DNA of 64,000 nucleotides from Macrostomum lignano (Eukaryota): NCBI GenBank assembly GCA_002269645.1, contig NIVC01000659.1, positions 62,001 to 126,000 of the forward strand, read 5' to 3'. Shown piece by piece: positions 1 to 11,741 of this stretch (position 1 is its first letter; each line of letters starts with the position of its first letter). The notes under the pieces were generated by a model. It saw only the letters and a program-made list of their open reading frames with translations, ran no database searches and was not told where the DNA came from. The position numbers and the translations under genes were made by a program.

Positions 1-396
1 CCTCTTTACCCCGTCTTTTCCGCTCTCTCATATTCAGTCTACATAACTTTAGTCCATCTTCATTTATCTGTGTCTGCTTCACTCCCAACTATATTTTTTC
101 TGCCACTTTGCCCTTTAGCTACATGTACCTATCCTGGTGCCGTAGCAACCGTCTGCCACCAAAACAACAAAAAAAGCATAATAGTACACTTCTGTTTTGT
201 TGCGTGGGCTGGAAATGTTGCACTTTTCTGCTTTGATAGGATCGACTTGATTAGAAAGGTCACAGTAGACATTTACTAGTGAAAAGTTCTGCTGTACTCT
301 GCGTCCAATTATCCAATTCTCTGCGCTTGGCTTGCTCTCTCATGGCGGTTGTCAGTTGCACAAAGCTGTCACAGAACTCGTCGCTCACTCTCACAG

Positions 397-702
397 GGCA
401 TGATCGAGGAGATCGACACGGACGGCTCCGTGACCATCAACGGCATGTCATACGAGCAGTTCGAGCTGCTGGCAGCCAGAAAAGCTCACGACGACATCAG
501 CTCGGAGGACATCACGGATGCTTTCCGTGTGTTCGACCGGGACGCCAACGGGTTCATCTCGGCAGCTGAGATTCGCAACGTGCTCACCCAGGTAGGCGAG
601 ACCTACACCGACGAGGAGATCGATGCGCTGCTGCAGGCGGCGAAGCCGGACATGGATGGCAACATCAACTATGAGGACTTTGTGCAGAGAATGATGGAGT
701 GA
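397..702 (+). CDS. Calmodulin-like EF-hand protein, terminal exon (5' exons lie outside the window)
   Basis: Acceptor ctcacag at 390-396, then GMIEEIDTDG...EDITDAFRVFDRDANGFISAAEIRNVLTQVGETYTDEEIDALL...DGNINYEDFVQRMME*. This is colinear with calmodulin EF2-EF4. Confidence 0.85.
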   Translation, partial: GMIEEIDTDGSVTINGMSYEQFELLAARKAHDDISSEDITDAFRVFDRDANGFISAAEIRNVLTQVGETYTDEEIDALLQAAKPDMDGNINYEDFVQRMME

Positions 703-1717
703 CGTTAGATTCCGCGTGATCTGTAAATTCCGATTTAATTGACTAACCATGCGGGACTGACTGACAGCCACCAGAGGGAATGTTTTTCAGCAAAGACTAC
801 ACATTCGAAAGAAAATACACTATCAGTTGAACATTTTAATTGACTCAATATTTGTTTACATGATCGAATGGTGCACAATGGTCAATGCGGTATATTCATA
901 GTTACCCTTGTGGTGCTATATATATATAGTTGCCAGCATTCCACTCAAGACAGCGCATTAACCTTTGTCTAGCGATTCCGAGGGTCGTGAAAAGACTTGT
1001 AAAATTTTATTCGTACCATTCATTCGCTCAGACCGGTTTAGAAGTTTGACTGTCAGCAGCTTCCACCGCGAATCCCAGGCCCTATTCAAGAACTCCAGGC
1101 ATGCTAGTTATAGCGGGAGTTTGATAAGACCGGCAGACAGTTCCCGTGGTGCAAGCGGTAGAAAGGAACGCTGTTACCCCGGTATTGCTGCTGCTACTGT
1201 TGTTGCTTCCGCTGTTGCTGGAAATTCCTTTCAGACATCCAGGATGTGAACAGCGGACAAAGAGTAGCTGATGGCGGAGATTCATGTCTGGCTGTGTCAG
1301 TCGGTCACCAGTAAGCCGGTTTTGTTAAACTAAAAAAACTAAAGTAGTACGCGACTGTCTGGGAAGCTAAGCATGAATGCGCTTCGCATGACAGCCAACA
1401 TCATTCATCTTCTACTTCAGTCCCATTCTAAATTCCTTAGCGACCGGACACACCCACGCAGTGGAGAGGATGAGAAAAAATTCCTATAGACTGAGCAGCT
1501 ATTCTTAGCTCAACCGAGACGATTTTTCTTTTTGGCACATTGCCAAGCAGACTAAAAAGCTTTTTTTGGCCTTTGAGGAACTTACGCTCGTACTGTGGAC
1601 TAGTGCACTTTTCTGCAACTTCAAGTTCCTAGTTTGAAGAGAGGGTTTTGGAGTAGGACCTACTGATTTAAAATAAATTTGTACGAGGTACATAAGAGTA
1701 GTAGAACGATTGCAGAT

Positions 1718-2177
1718 TGAAGTAGAATGATCGTCTTATCGGAGTAGAATGGTCGTAGAACGGAGTAGAATGGTCGTTTATAGGAGTAGAATGATCGTTT
1801 ATCGGAGTAGAATGGTCGTAGAATGAAGTAGAATGGTCGTCTATCGGAGTAGAATGGTCGTCCATCGGAGTAGAAGGGTCGTAGAACGGAGTAGAATGGT
1901 CGTAGAACGGAGTAGAATGGTCGTTTATAGGAGTAGAATGATCGTTTATCGGAGTAGAATGGTCGTAGAATGAAGTAGAATGGTCGTCTATCGGAGTAGA
2001 ATGGTCGTCCATCGGAGTAGAAGGGTCGTAGAACGGAGTAGAATGGTCGTAGAACGGAGTAGAATGGTCGTCTATCGGAGTAGAATGGTCGTCTATCGGA
2101 GTAGAAGGGTCGTCTATCGGAGTAGAATGGTCGTCCATCGGAGTAGAAGGGTCGTAGAACGGAGTAGAATGGTCGTA
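1718..2177. repeat. 21-bp minisatellite (CGGAGTAGAATGGTCGTAGAA and variants), about 22 units
   Basis: Tandem periodicity is directly visible and produces 7-aa periodic ORFs on both strands. Confidence 0.95.
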
Positions 2178-2438
2178 AATTTAAACCTGAATTTAAATGA
2201 ACCGCTCAGCAACTAAGTTAGGGACGTGTAAGATGCGTTCATGTTTTAAAAGATGCCAACGGTGATAATCAATCTTCCTCAATAGATATTAATAACCTCT
2301 TAGCAGTTTATTTATTTTGATTTAATTTTCGCTTTAACACAGCAGAGACAATGTCTGTTCTATTCGAAAATCAGCATTGTTAGTCGAATGATCGTGCTCT
2401 AGGTCGAGCATCTGTCTTAAGCCTCGGGATTCGAAGGC

Positions 2439-3014
2439 TTAGTTGTTCCAATTGTGAGACGACAGGTAGTAACGGCACCGGCGCTGCTGGGCCTCGTGCC
2501 ACTGAGTCAGCCGGTTCAGCGGCAGGCACAGGCTGTCGATGCACTGCGTCAGGCTGTTGAAAATGAAGCCATGATCGCGCCAGTTGTTTATGTCCTTGCT
2601 CCTCAGGTGCCGGCACTTGGTCTCAATCTTCTGGAAGGACACCTCATCGTCTTGGTTCTCGAAGGCTCTGCAATTGTCAAGCATATAGAATCGCATTTGT
2701 AGTGGATGCAGGACTGATGGAGTGTCGGAGATTCAGACGTCTTACCTGACTAGATACTGCTTGGAAGCCAGGCAGGCTTCCTTGGAGGCGGTCAGGATGT
2801 AGACAGTGCTGGAATGGTCGTACCGGTCGGTGGACAAGAACAAGGCGTACTCGCAGAAGTTGGCGTAGCCGCTGCAGCTGTTCTGCGGCTGGCGCGTCCG
2901 GATGATCTCGTACTGGCCGACTATGATGTCCGGGCTGCTGTCAGAGAGGCACTCGTAGCGGTAGGCCTCCACCGTCGCCAGGCACACGAAGATGACGACA
3001 GTCAGCAGGGTCAT
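2439..3014 (-). CDS. Orphan secreted cysteine-rich protein, about 165 aa; exons 3014-2746 and 2667-2439
   Basis: Signal peptide MTLLTVVIFVCLATVEA. A 78-nt intron GTAAG...TTGCAG (2745-2668) joins the two ORFs in phase (..QYLV-R-AFENQ..). The mature part has 8 Cys. Confidence 0.75.
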
Positions 3015-3131
3015 CCGGTGCGGAATTCTACGGATTGGCATGGCTGCAGAGTGGCCGCTTATTAACTGAACGGTTGCAACTTGCCACTAGGAACTAAAGA
3101 AATCGAAAAAAGCGGAGACTGAATCCTTCCA

Positions 3132-3138
3132 ATTTATA
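3132..3138 (-). promoter_or_regulatory. Candidate TATA box of the secreted-protein gene
   Basis: TATAAAT on the minus strand, about 120 bp upstream of the ATG at 3014. Confidence 0.4.
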
Positions 3139-3740
3139 GCGATAATATAGCCCGGGACTGGTTTGGCCTTTCAGTCTCTGCCAGGTCCCTGATTGGCCGA
3201 ACGGGGAGCTGCGGAGACCCAGCTGATGTCGGTGTGCGTTCCCTCCCCCCTCCGGCCCACTCGCACCTGGATCAGGTAACGCCCAACCAGTTTATTTGCA
3301 TATAGCTCTCATTGTCAATCGAGTATCGAGGCCTCGTTGTCGGGGAGAGAGAGGTCTGAAGTCTGTCGGAGCAAAAACATGTTTACCGGGCAGGAAAGCA
3401 GTTCTCCCTGTTCTCTTGGAGCACACCGATAATCAAATCAATACTTTGACTCTGCCGATACGGAGAAAAATATTGCTAGGCCAAAAAATCAACAGCTATC
3501 AAAAACTGCTACTTTGTTCCGTTCGAGATTTTTTATGCTTCCAGACTTTGAACAGCAAAAAACAACAAAATATATTTTTGCGAGTAATTAAGCAGACATG
3601 GAAATTAACGTTTCGTTTTGAATATAGCTTCTCTTTTTTTGAACTGAAAGCGTTATGCAGATTTTAGACTAACCACTACATTTCTCAGGCAATCAACTCT
3701 GTGCTCACAAGCGAGTTATGCATTTTCGGATCAGCAGTTT

Positions 3741-6700
3741 CTAGACGTCAAACGCGTGCTGAATTCTGCAATGTCGCAGCTGCGCCTGGTAGGGAGAGAA
3801 AACCAGGCCGCAAAGCACCGCGTTATTGTCGTAGTTGAACTCGGCTGACTTGAACTCCGGGTTGAGGACAACCTGCGAGGCGTGCATGTATACGATTTTC
3901 AAAATGTACAAAATGACACTTGCGTCCCGGCCATTGAAATGAAAGTAACAGTATAACCTAATCTGTCTCTTGCATGATGCACTCTTGACATTTATATCTA
4001 CTGCGACACTTGCATGACGCTCCCACACGTGTAAGATAACCTTTACGTCACACCCATGAACAGCTGAAGGACGTTGAAGGGCGCTGCACTTTTCTTTCTT
4101 AGAAATGAGCTGGATATGTTTCGTATCGCCAGTGCATTTAGTTTGTTCTCGAGTATTCAAGCTCGATATATCAAGCTCGTTTCTTAGAAAATCGAATCTA
4201 TAGTGGCCTTCTACAATGCTTCAGTTTTTCATGGACACACCGATTGTACCATGCATGACCTTTGTGCCCGCTGGGCACTTATTCGTGCCTTTTAATGCCA
4301 TAGACTACATTTAAGCCAGCTTGCAGGACTTTAATGCTTTAAACCATGGATGAAGGAATACACTGGATTGCTCATCTGAAATAGTATGTGGTCGAGTTCT
4401 TTCCTCCAAACTTGGAATTTACCCCCCCCCCCCTAGGAATCTATTGGCTGATGAAAGTTAAAAATAAACCCCCGTAGGACTTGACTGGCTGCTGAATCAG
4501 TTAGGGGGAATTCGAAGATCGGGGTGTGAGTTTGACTTTGAGTGTTTTCATAGAATATTGTATGTAGCAGTATGTATCAAAGCAGACGAGCTGCAGAGAG
4601 AAGGGTGCATATACATGTAAGAAGGTTTCCTTTTCAATGAGAGCTGTTTGCCATTAATTTGAGGGAAATCCAAATATGTATTTGATAGACTGATTCAGCA
4701 GCCAGTCAAGTCCTACGGGGGATTATTTTTAACTTTCATCAGCCAATAGATTCCCAGGGGGATAAATTCCAAGTTTGGAGGAAAGAACTCGACCACATAC
4801 TATTTCAGATGAGCAATCCAGTGTATTCCTTCATCCATGCTATAAACGTACTTTAATGCAAATTAGCGGGCAGTTAAGTATAAGATATTGGCTCGAGGGA
4901 TTTAATGACATTTAACGCCCGATTATTCTGTCCCACTTTGTCAAGGACACAAATGTGTATGGCATAATAATAGTAATACCCATGCTTTAAGGGCGTTAAT
5001 GGGAAAATCAGAGGGCGCCGTTAGGCAAGTTATGATGCAAGTTATGATGAAAGTTATGATGTTATTGAAGCAAGTTGCATAGCAGGGGGTGACCATCTGC
5101 CTTCCCTTCCTAGGGTCTTTTCGAGGGCCGTGGGGATGGTGGGGTCCCCCTGATATGCAACTTGCATCAATAACATCATAACTTGCATCATAACTTGCAT
5201 CATAACTTGCATCATAACTTGCATCATAACTTGCATCATAACTTGCATCATAACTTGCATCATAACTTGCATCATAACTTGCATCATAACTTGCATCATA
5301 ACTTGCATCATAACTTGCATCATAACTTGCATCATAACTTGCATCATAACTTGCATCATAACTTGCCTAACGGCGCCCTCTGATTTTCCCATTAACGCCC
5401 TTAAAGCATGGGTATTACTGTACTATTCTTACATCTTACCAGTGGCGGCGCAGGGGGGGGCAGGGGGGCAGCTGCCCCCGGGTGACCACAGGTCACTGCC
5501 TCAAGGGGGGTGACCACCCCACTATCCCCACGGCCCTCGAAAAGACCCTAGGACGGGAGGGCAGATGGATACCCACTGCTATGCAACTTGCTTCAATGAT
5601 TAAAAATGCATTTTTATAAGAATTTTCGTGTCGTACATTCGTTTTGTAAGAAGTGTGTCATAATTTGTTCGTAATTCTTTACTTTCTTAGAAAATTTGTG
5701 TTCTAATTCAAATGTTATCATTTGTTTAATTACAATTGGTAGGGGAAGAAGGTGACCACCTAACTACTGCCCCCCCCCCCAACCAGAGATACTGCGGCTG
5801 TGCCGCCACCGCATCTTACATGGCACTCTTACATGAAATTTACATGACACAGACCGTCTCTTACATGTAAATTTACGTGGCATTATTTTTCACAGAAAAA
5901 AAGTTTCGCATACATGTACATTGACACACTCCGACGCTATACATGGCAATTGTATCACACGTACATGAGTGCATGACGAACATGTCGTTTGCATGATAAA
6001 AATCTGGCGCATACACGAGACAGTTCGACACTTTTGCGTAACAACGATGAAAATTGCATGACTGTGCATAGAAACACACGCAATAACATTGCGATTTAAA
6101 GCTCACTCTAAATCGGTAAAACCCGAACGGCAGATCCGTGATGTCAATCCACTGGCAGTCCAGATCGTGCAGGTAGTTATCGCTGCAGCCCACCGAGATG
6201 CCCTGATTGCCGGTGTCCCAGGGGTCCCTGCTGCACTGGTACTTCGGCTGCAGACCTCCGCGGCACGAGCTGTCCTCCAGACAGAAGCTGGCCTTGTGCC
6301 CGCTGGCCAAAGCCAAATGGGTGCCATTGCGCTGCTGATAGATTTCGTAGGCTGCAAAGTACGGCATGCTGTGGTAGTGCATGTGGCAGGTGTGCCATGT
6401 CCAGCTTTCGCTGCCGTTGTAGGGCCGGTAGTCACTGGTGCCGATGTTGCTCACTATGGTGGAGAACCGGAGCAGAGTGCGAAGGGCGTAGGGCCAGTCT
6501 GCGGGTTGTTGGGGAGAAATTCAATTACCGATCTACTGTAAGTAGCAATGAGCGGCTTGTTGATTGTGATTTAATCTACTTAAATTTCATCCAGCTTCGT
6601 AGTGGTTTGACTGGCTTAGCTTATATTATTGGTACTTTTGTTATAGTAAGCATAGTGCATGTGTTTTAGTATTTTAACTAGCAATCTAGTGGTGCCCAAT

Positions 6701-9700
6701 AGGCAAGGGGCAAAAATTATTTATGCAAAACTATTAAAAAACACACATTTTCTAAAATACCATATTTTCCTAAAATTAACACCTTTCTTCAATGTTATAA
6801 ATCGAGTATTGTTTATCTAGTTTTTAGTCTACTGTTGCTGAATTTTATTTATTGTCATTTTTTAAATCTGTTTAACGATTCTTTTATTTATTGGCTGGTT
6901 TATTGCCTATAGGTCACGCCCGTTTTTGTTTATTTTTTCTATAATTAAATAAGCTGTGCTGATTTATTATATACGAGCTAATTTAATTTAAATCTAATTT
7001 CAAAAGTTCAAGAATTGTTTTTTTAATAATATATTTAGTTTTTTGTTCAATTTTTTAACTTTTTTGTTTTTATGTTTGTCATCCAGATAAGCACGTTTAA
7101 TTGCTTAACATGGCCTTTTTATTTTTAGTCCGGCTTTAATTTTTACCTCGTATCGTTTTTTGTTTTGTTTAACTTATTTACGTATTTATTGGCTGGCCTT
7201 TTGTTTAGCTATTTCGACTTTGTTTTGTTTACTTTTTGGTTTAGTTACCATTGTATTAAATTAAGTGCTGATTTAATTGTTGCTTTCTTCAATTTAAATC
7301 CGTGCTTGTTTTTTACTGTTTAAATTTGTTTTGTTTAACTTTCTTCTTATTTATTTTCTGCTTGTCCGGCTTGAACGGCACATGATAATACAGAAACTGC
7401 AATTTACTTTTATCCCGAGGAAAACCTGTGCCTCCACCTACGTGAGCTTCTATTTCGCACTTCGAAGGCAGTGCGGGCTGCGCAATTCTCCTCAAGCGCG
7501 CAGTTCATGTAGTACATCGGCACCCTGGCCACGTAAGCTGATAACTGGAGCACTCGGTGATCCAGAATGAGATCCGGCAGGTCTGCGACGGGAAATATTT
7601 TCCGGGAAATATTTTTGAAAACGATGAAAACAAGTTATAAGGGATCAAAGCATTTTAATTCTTTAGTACCCCTCTTTTTACGGGATCAAAAAATTTAATA
7701 TTTGATTCTTGCATGGTCAGGTCGTCAAATTGTTTCTATCTTTAATGTTTTTTTAAACATATATTTTCTAGATATGGTTATTTATAGTGTATAAAAAACC
7801 CAATAGTTTCATATACGGCTTAAGTCCCACCAGCTGTGCACTCAATCGCCAGCGTAAAGGTGGGCTCCAGGCAAACTGTTTGATTTGAATGCCCAGGCCC
7901 GATGAGCTGAGCACAGTCTGACAGTCGGGCTTCTCCGCCGCGGCAGCCAGCGACTGACAGCGCGGGTAAAATTCTGGCCGAGTCCGTGATCTGGGCGGCC
8001 TCAGGCGCGACGGGGTGCTGCGAGTTGCACAAAAAGGGAAAAAATTGATACTGGAAATATTCTAGATTCGTGCCAGAAAATTCAACACTGCTATCGAGTT
8101 GTTGCCAAGGAGAATTCCGGATTAGTATCTGTTGCTAAGGAGAATCCTGGAAATTGGTATCTGTTGCTAAGGAGAATCCTAGATTGGTATCTGTTGCTAA
8201 GGAGAATCACGGATTAGTATCTATTGCTAAGGAGAATCCCGGATTAGTATCTGTTGCTAAGGAGAATCCTAGATTGGTATCTGTTGCTAAGGAGAATCAC
8301 GGATTAGTATCTATTGCTAAGGAGAATCCCGGATTAGTATCTGTTGCTAAGGAGAATCTTGGATTGGTATCTGTTGCTAAGGAGAATCCCGGATTAGTAT
8401 CTGTTGCTAAGGAGAATCCCGGATTAGTATATGTTACTAAGGAGAATCCCGGATTAGTATATGTTGCTAAGGAGAATCCCGGGTTAGTATCTGTTGCTAA
8501 GGAGAATCCTGGATTGGTATCTGTTGCCAAGGAGGATTCCAGATTGGTGTCTATTGCTAAGGAGAATCCCGGATTGGTATCAGTTGCTAAGGGGAATCCC
8601 AGTGTAGTATCTGTTGCTAAGAAGTGTTCTCAAGACAAAGAACTTTTGGCCAAACTCTCAGCAGGTTTTGACTATTGCCACGACGCGCTCTCACAAACAA
8701 ACTCAAGCCATCGATCCTTTTATATTTAATTTCTAAATGTCACACAAAAGATTGGGGTGGGGCTGAGATTGCATGTACACTAAGCGACAATGGGGGGCGG
8801 GGCCCGGGGACTTACAAATCTTCGATATACAGAAATGAGACCTATAACTATATTAACTATAACCAACAGAAAAACATACATACAAAGCCTACGCAACAAG
8901 GATTAGTATCTGTTGCTAAGGAGAATCCCGGATCAGTGTCTGTTGCTAAGGAGAATCCCGGATCATTGTCTGTTGCTAAGGAGAATCCCGGATCAGTGTC
9001 TGTTGCTAAGGAGAATCCCGGATTGGCATCTGTTGCTGAGGAGAATCCCGGATTGGCATCTGTTGCTAAGGAGAATCCCGGATTGGCATCTGTTGCTAAG
9101 GAGAATTCCGGATTGGCATCTGTTGCTAAGGAAAATCCCGGATCGGTATCTGTTGCTAAGGAGAATCCCAGATTAGTTGCTAGCTTGCCAAACCAAATGC
9201 GTTAACATCAGTTTGCGCACCTTCCAGACGGTTCTGGCAGCGCCCAGGCCGAGCTCCCGGCAGGCAACGCTGGCCTCGCGTAGCGTGACGTAACTGTCCG
9301 CACAAAGCCCATCTGCTGGCGCTTGAAGACTGCTGCTGCTACCGTTAAAAACTACCAACACTATTCCGCTGGTTGTTCGATTATCAGAATCACTGCTGCC
9401 ATTTTCTGCTTTTAGAGGCACCAGTTTGAGTTGATAGGACGGCTGCAGAGAGTTCAAAATTTAATAATGCAACTGACACTGATTTGGTTCGCTTCGGTTT
9501 GCTTCAGGTTTTGGTTTAACTTTTAAGTCTTCTTTAGAGTCTACTTTGGCGCTTACTTCTGAGTCTACTTTGGAGTGTACCTTGGAGTCTACTTTGGAGT
9601 GTACCTTGGAGTCTACTTTGGAGTGTACCTTGGAGTCTACTTTGGAGTGTACCTTGGAGTCTACTTTGGAGTGTACCTTGGAGTCTACTTTGGAGTGTAC

Positions 9701-11741
9701 CTTGGAGTCTACTTTGGAGTGTACCTTGGAGTCTACTTTGGAGTGTACCTTGGAGTCTACTTTGGAGTGTACCTTGGAGTCTACTTTGGAGTGTACCTTG
9801 GAGTCTACTTTGGAGTGTACCTTGGAGTCTACTTTGGAGTGTACTTCTCAGTCTATTCCTGGGTCTAACTTGGAGTCTGCTTTAAAGGTGTCAACTAATT
9901 AGTCTACTTAATAGTCTACTTATTAGTCTACTTCTTAGTCTACTTATTAGTCTACTTATTAGTCTACTTATTAGTCTACTTATTAGTCTACTTCTTAGTC
10001 TACTTCTTAGTCTACTTCTTAGTCTACTTCTTAGTCTACTTATTAGTCTACTTATTAGTCTACTTATTGGTCTATTTATTAGTTTATTTATTAGTCTACT
10101 TATTAGTATACTTATTATTCTACGTATTATTCTACTTATCAGTCTACTTATTAATCTACTTCTTAGACTACTTTACTAGTCTACTCATTATTCTACTTAT
10201 TAGTCTATTTATTAGTCTACTAATTAGTCCACGTCGAAGTATATATTTCTCAGTCTAATTTGTAGTTTAACTTTAAGTTAACCGCCGAGTCTTTGTCGGA
10301 ATCTACAAGTGATTATACTGCTGGCTTTAATTACGGACTGTAAAATCTGGAGTCAATTTAAAAATCCGCGTCCACCCTACTAAAAGTAGTTTAAAAGCCT
10401 TTTCCGGTTTCTAAGGTTTGCGAAACTTGCAAAACGATCAGAATAGTCAGAGGCTGTTGATGTAAAGGCATGACTCACCTTAGTCGAACTTGCGAGAGTG
10501 TTCTCAGTGTTCTCAGGCCGCCGCCAGCTGTTCAGTTCGACAACTCTGCCGGCAGCTGAGCAGCGAACTCCGGCGGCTTCTCCGACTTCGCAGTTGTGCT
10601 GACCGGGCGAGCGGCTGCGGCACTGGCTGAGGTCGGCCTCCGAGCCCGAGCAGCGAACATCGTCGAGTAGGATTTGCCGGCCTGGTTTCGAGACATTCCG
10701 TAAAATGTTACGCAAAGCCCCTGGTTCTGGCGCCACTGGTGCTGCTAAATTGCCGTTGGTGCTAAAGCCCCTAGTGCTAAAGCCATTGGTGTTAAAGCAA
10801 CTGGTGCCAAAGCCCCTGGTGCTAAAGCCTCTGGTGCTAAAGCCCCTGGTGCTAAAGTCCCTGGTGCTAAAGCCTCTGGATAAAGCCACTGGTGCCAAAG
10901 TCCCTGGTGCTAAAGCCTCTGGTGCTAAAGCCCCTGGTGCTAAAGCCTCTGGTGCTAAAGCCCCTGGTGCTAAAGCCCCTAGTGCTAAAGACATTGGTGC
11001 TAAAGCCCCTGGTGCTAAAGCCCCTGGATAAAGCCGCTGGTGCCAAAGTCCCTGGTGCTAAAGCCTCTGGTGCTAAAGCCACTGGTGCCAAAGTCCCTGG
11101 TGCTAAAGCCTCTGGTGCTAAAGCCCCTGGTGCTAAAGCCTCTGGTGCTAAAGCCCCTGGTGCTAAAGCCCCTAGTGCTAAAGACATTGGTGCTAAAGCC
11201 CCTGGTGCTAAAGCCCCTGGATAAAGCCGCTGGTGCCAAAGTCCCTGGTGCTAAAGCCTCTGGTGCTAAAGCCCCTGGTGCTAAAGCCTCTGGTGCTAAA
11301 GCCTCTGGTGCTAAAGCCTCTGGTGCTAGAGCCACTGGCGCTGAAGCCGCTGGTGCTAAAGCATCCCGAGCTACATGCAGGTGCTCTGCTCTCACCTCTC
11401 AGATCTGTCTGGAACTTGTTGGCCACAGTGTACTGGAGAGCCGGACCGAACCCCAGCTGCTTGCAGACAACATCAGCGCTCGCAGTGCTCCAGCCGTCGT
11501 CGCAGAGCAGACCCCAAAGGCTCCAAGCCTGGGACGCATTATTCAAGCGTCGAAATCGCAGCATGACGGTGCCCTCCATCGAGGTGTGCCCATCAATCAG
11601 TTTGATTTGCATTTCAATTGAATCTCGACTCTCCTTCCTTTGTAGTCCGTTTGCATTCAATAAAAGCACACACGGACACAGCGTCGTTAATATTACCAGC
11701 AAGATGACTTTCATGTCTTGAATTGCATTTAAAGCTTTCAT
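3741..11741 (-). CDS. LOXL: Lysyl oxidase-like protein (signal peptide, 2 SRCR domains, LOX catalytic domain); exons 11741(or 11714)-11396, 10681-10479, 9442-9221, 8017-7831, 7582-7442, 6498-6107, 3872-3741
   Basis: All six introns are GT-AG and phase-consistent. SRCR motifs WGLLCDDGWS..ADVVCKQLG and ILLDDVRCSGSE. LOX motifs LPDLIL, CALEENC, LLRF, Cu site WTWHTCHMHYHSM, LTQ Lys in GHKASFCLED, Tyr in DNYLHDLDCQWIDITD, and C-terminal VVLNPEF..EFNYDNN. Confidence 0.93.
4345..4839. mobile_element. Foldback/MITE-like element with about 150-bp inverted arms (4345-4500 / 4690-4839)
   Basis: CATGGATGAAGGAATACACTGG...CTGAATCAG on the left is mirrored by its reverse complement on the right. No clear TSD. 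Confidence 0.75.
4972..5419. mobile_element. Foldback element with about 75-bp inverted arms enclosing a 12-bp minisatellite (CATAACTTGCAT, about 5165-5365)
   Basis: AGTAATACCCATGCTTTAAGGGCG...GGCAAGTTATGATG is mirrored by CATCATAACTTGCC...CGCCCTTAAAGCATGGGTATTACT. Confidence 0.75.
5440..5811. mobile_element. hAT-type MITE
   Basis: TIRs CAGTGGCGGCGCAG / CTGTGCCGCCACCG. Exact 8-bp TSD CATCTTAC (5432-5439, 5812-5819). Confidence 0.88.
8100..9180. repeat. 30-bp minisatellite (GTATCTGTTGCTAAGGAGAATCCCGGATTA) in two blocks, about 8100-8620 and 8900-9180, in LOXL intron 3
   Basis: Visible tandem periodicity; gives 10-aa periodic ORFs. Confidence 0.95.
9535..10230. repeat. 24-bp (TTGGAGTGTACCTTGGAGTCTACT) then 12-bp (TAGTCTACTTAT) minisatellites in LOXL intron 2
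   Basis: Visible tandem arrays that share an AGTCTACT core. Confidence 0.93.
10755..11360. repeat. 15-bp minisatellite (GGTGCTAAAGCCCCT) with higher-order blocks in LOXL intron 1
   Basis: Visible periodicity. GGATAAAGCC-marked blocks recur at about 10878, 11026 and 11219. Confidence 0.93.

Noticed and set aside
965-1285. Short ORFs on both strands
   Set aside because: No motif, no convincing splice partners and no signal peptide.
8154-11721. Repeat-derived ORFs (VSVAKENPG, TLESTLEC, KPLVL, APGAK)
   Set aside because: They are antisense or intronic to LOXL and explained by tandem repeats.
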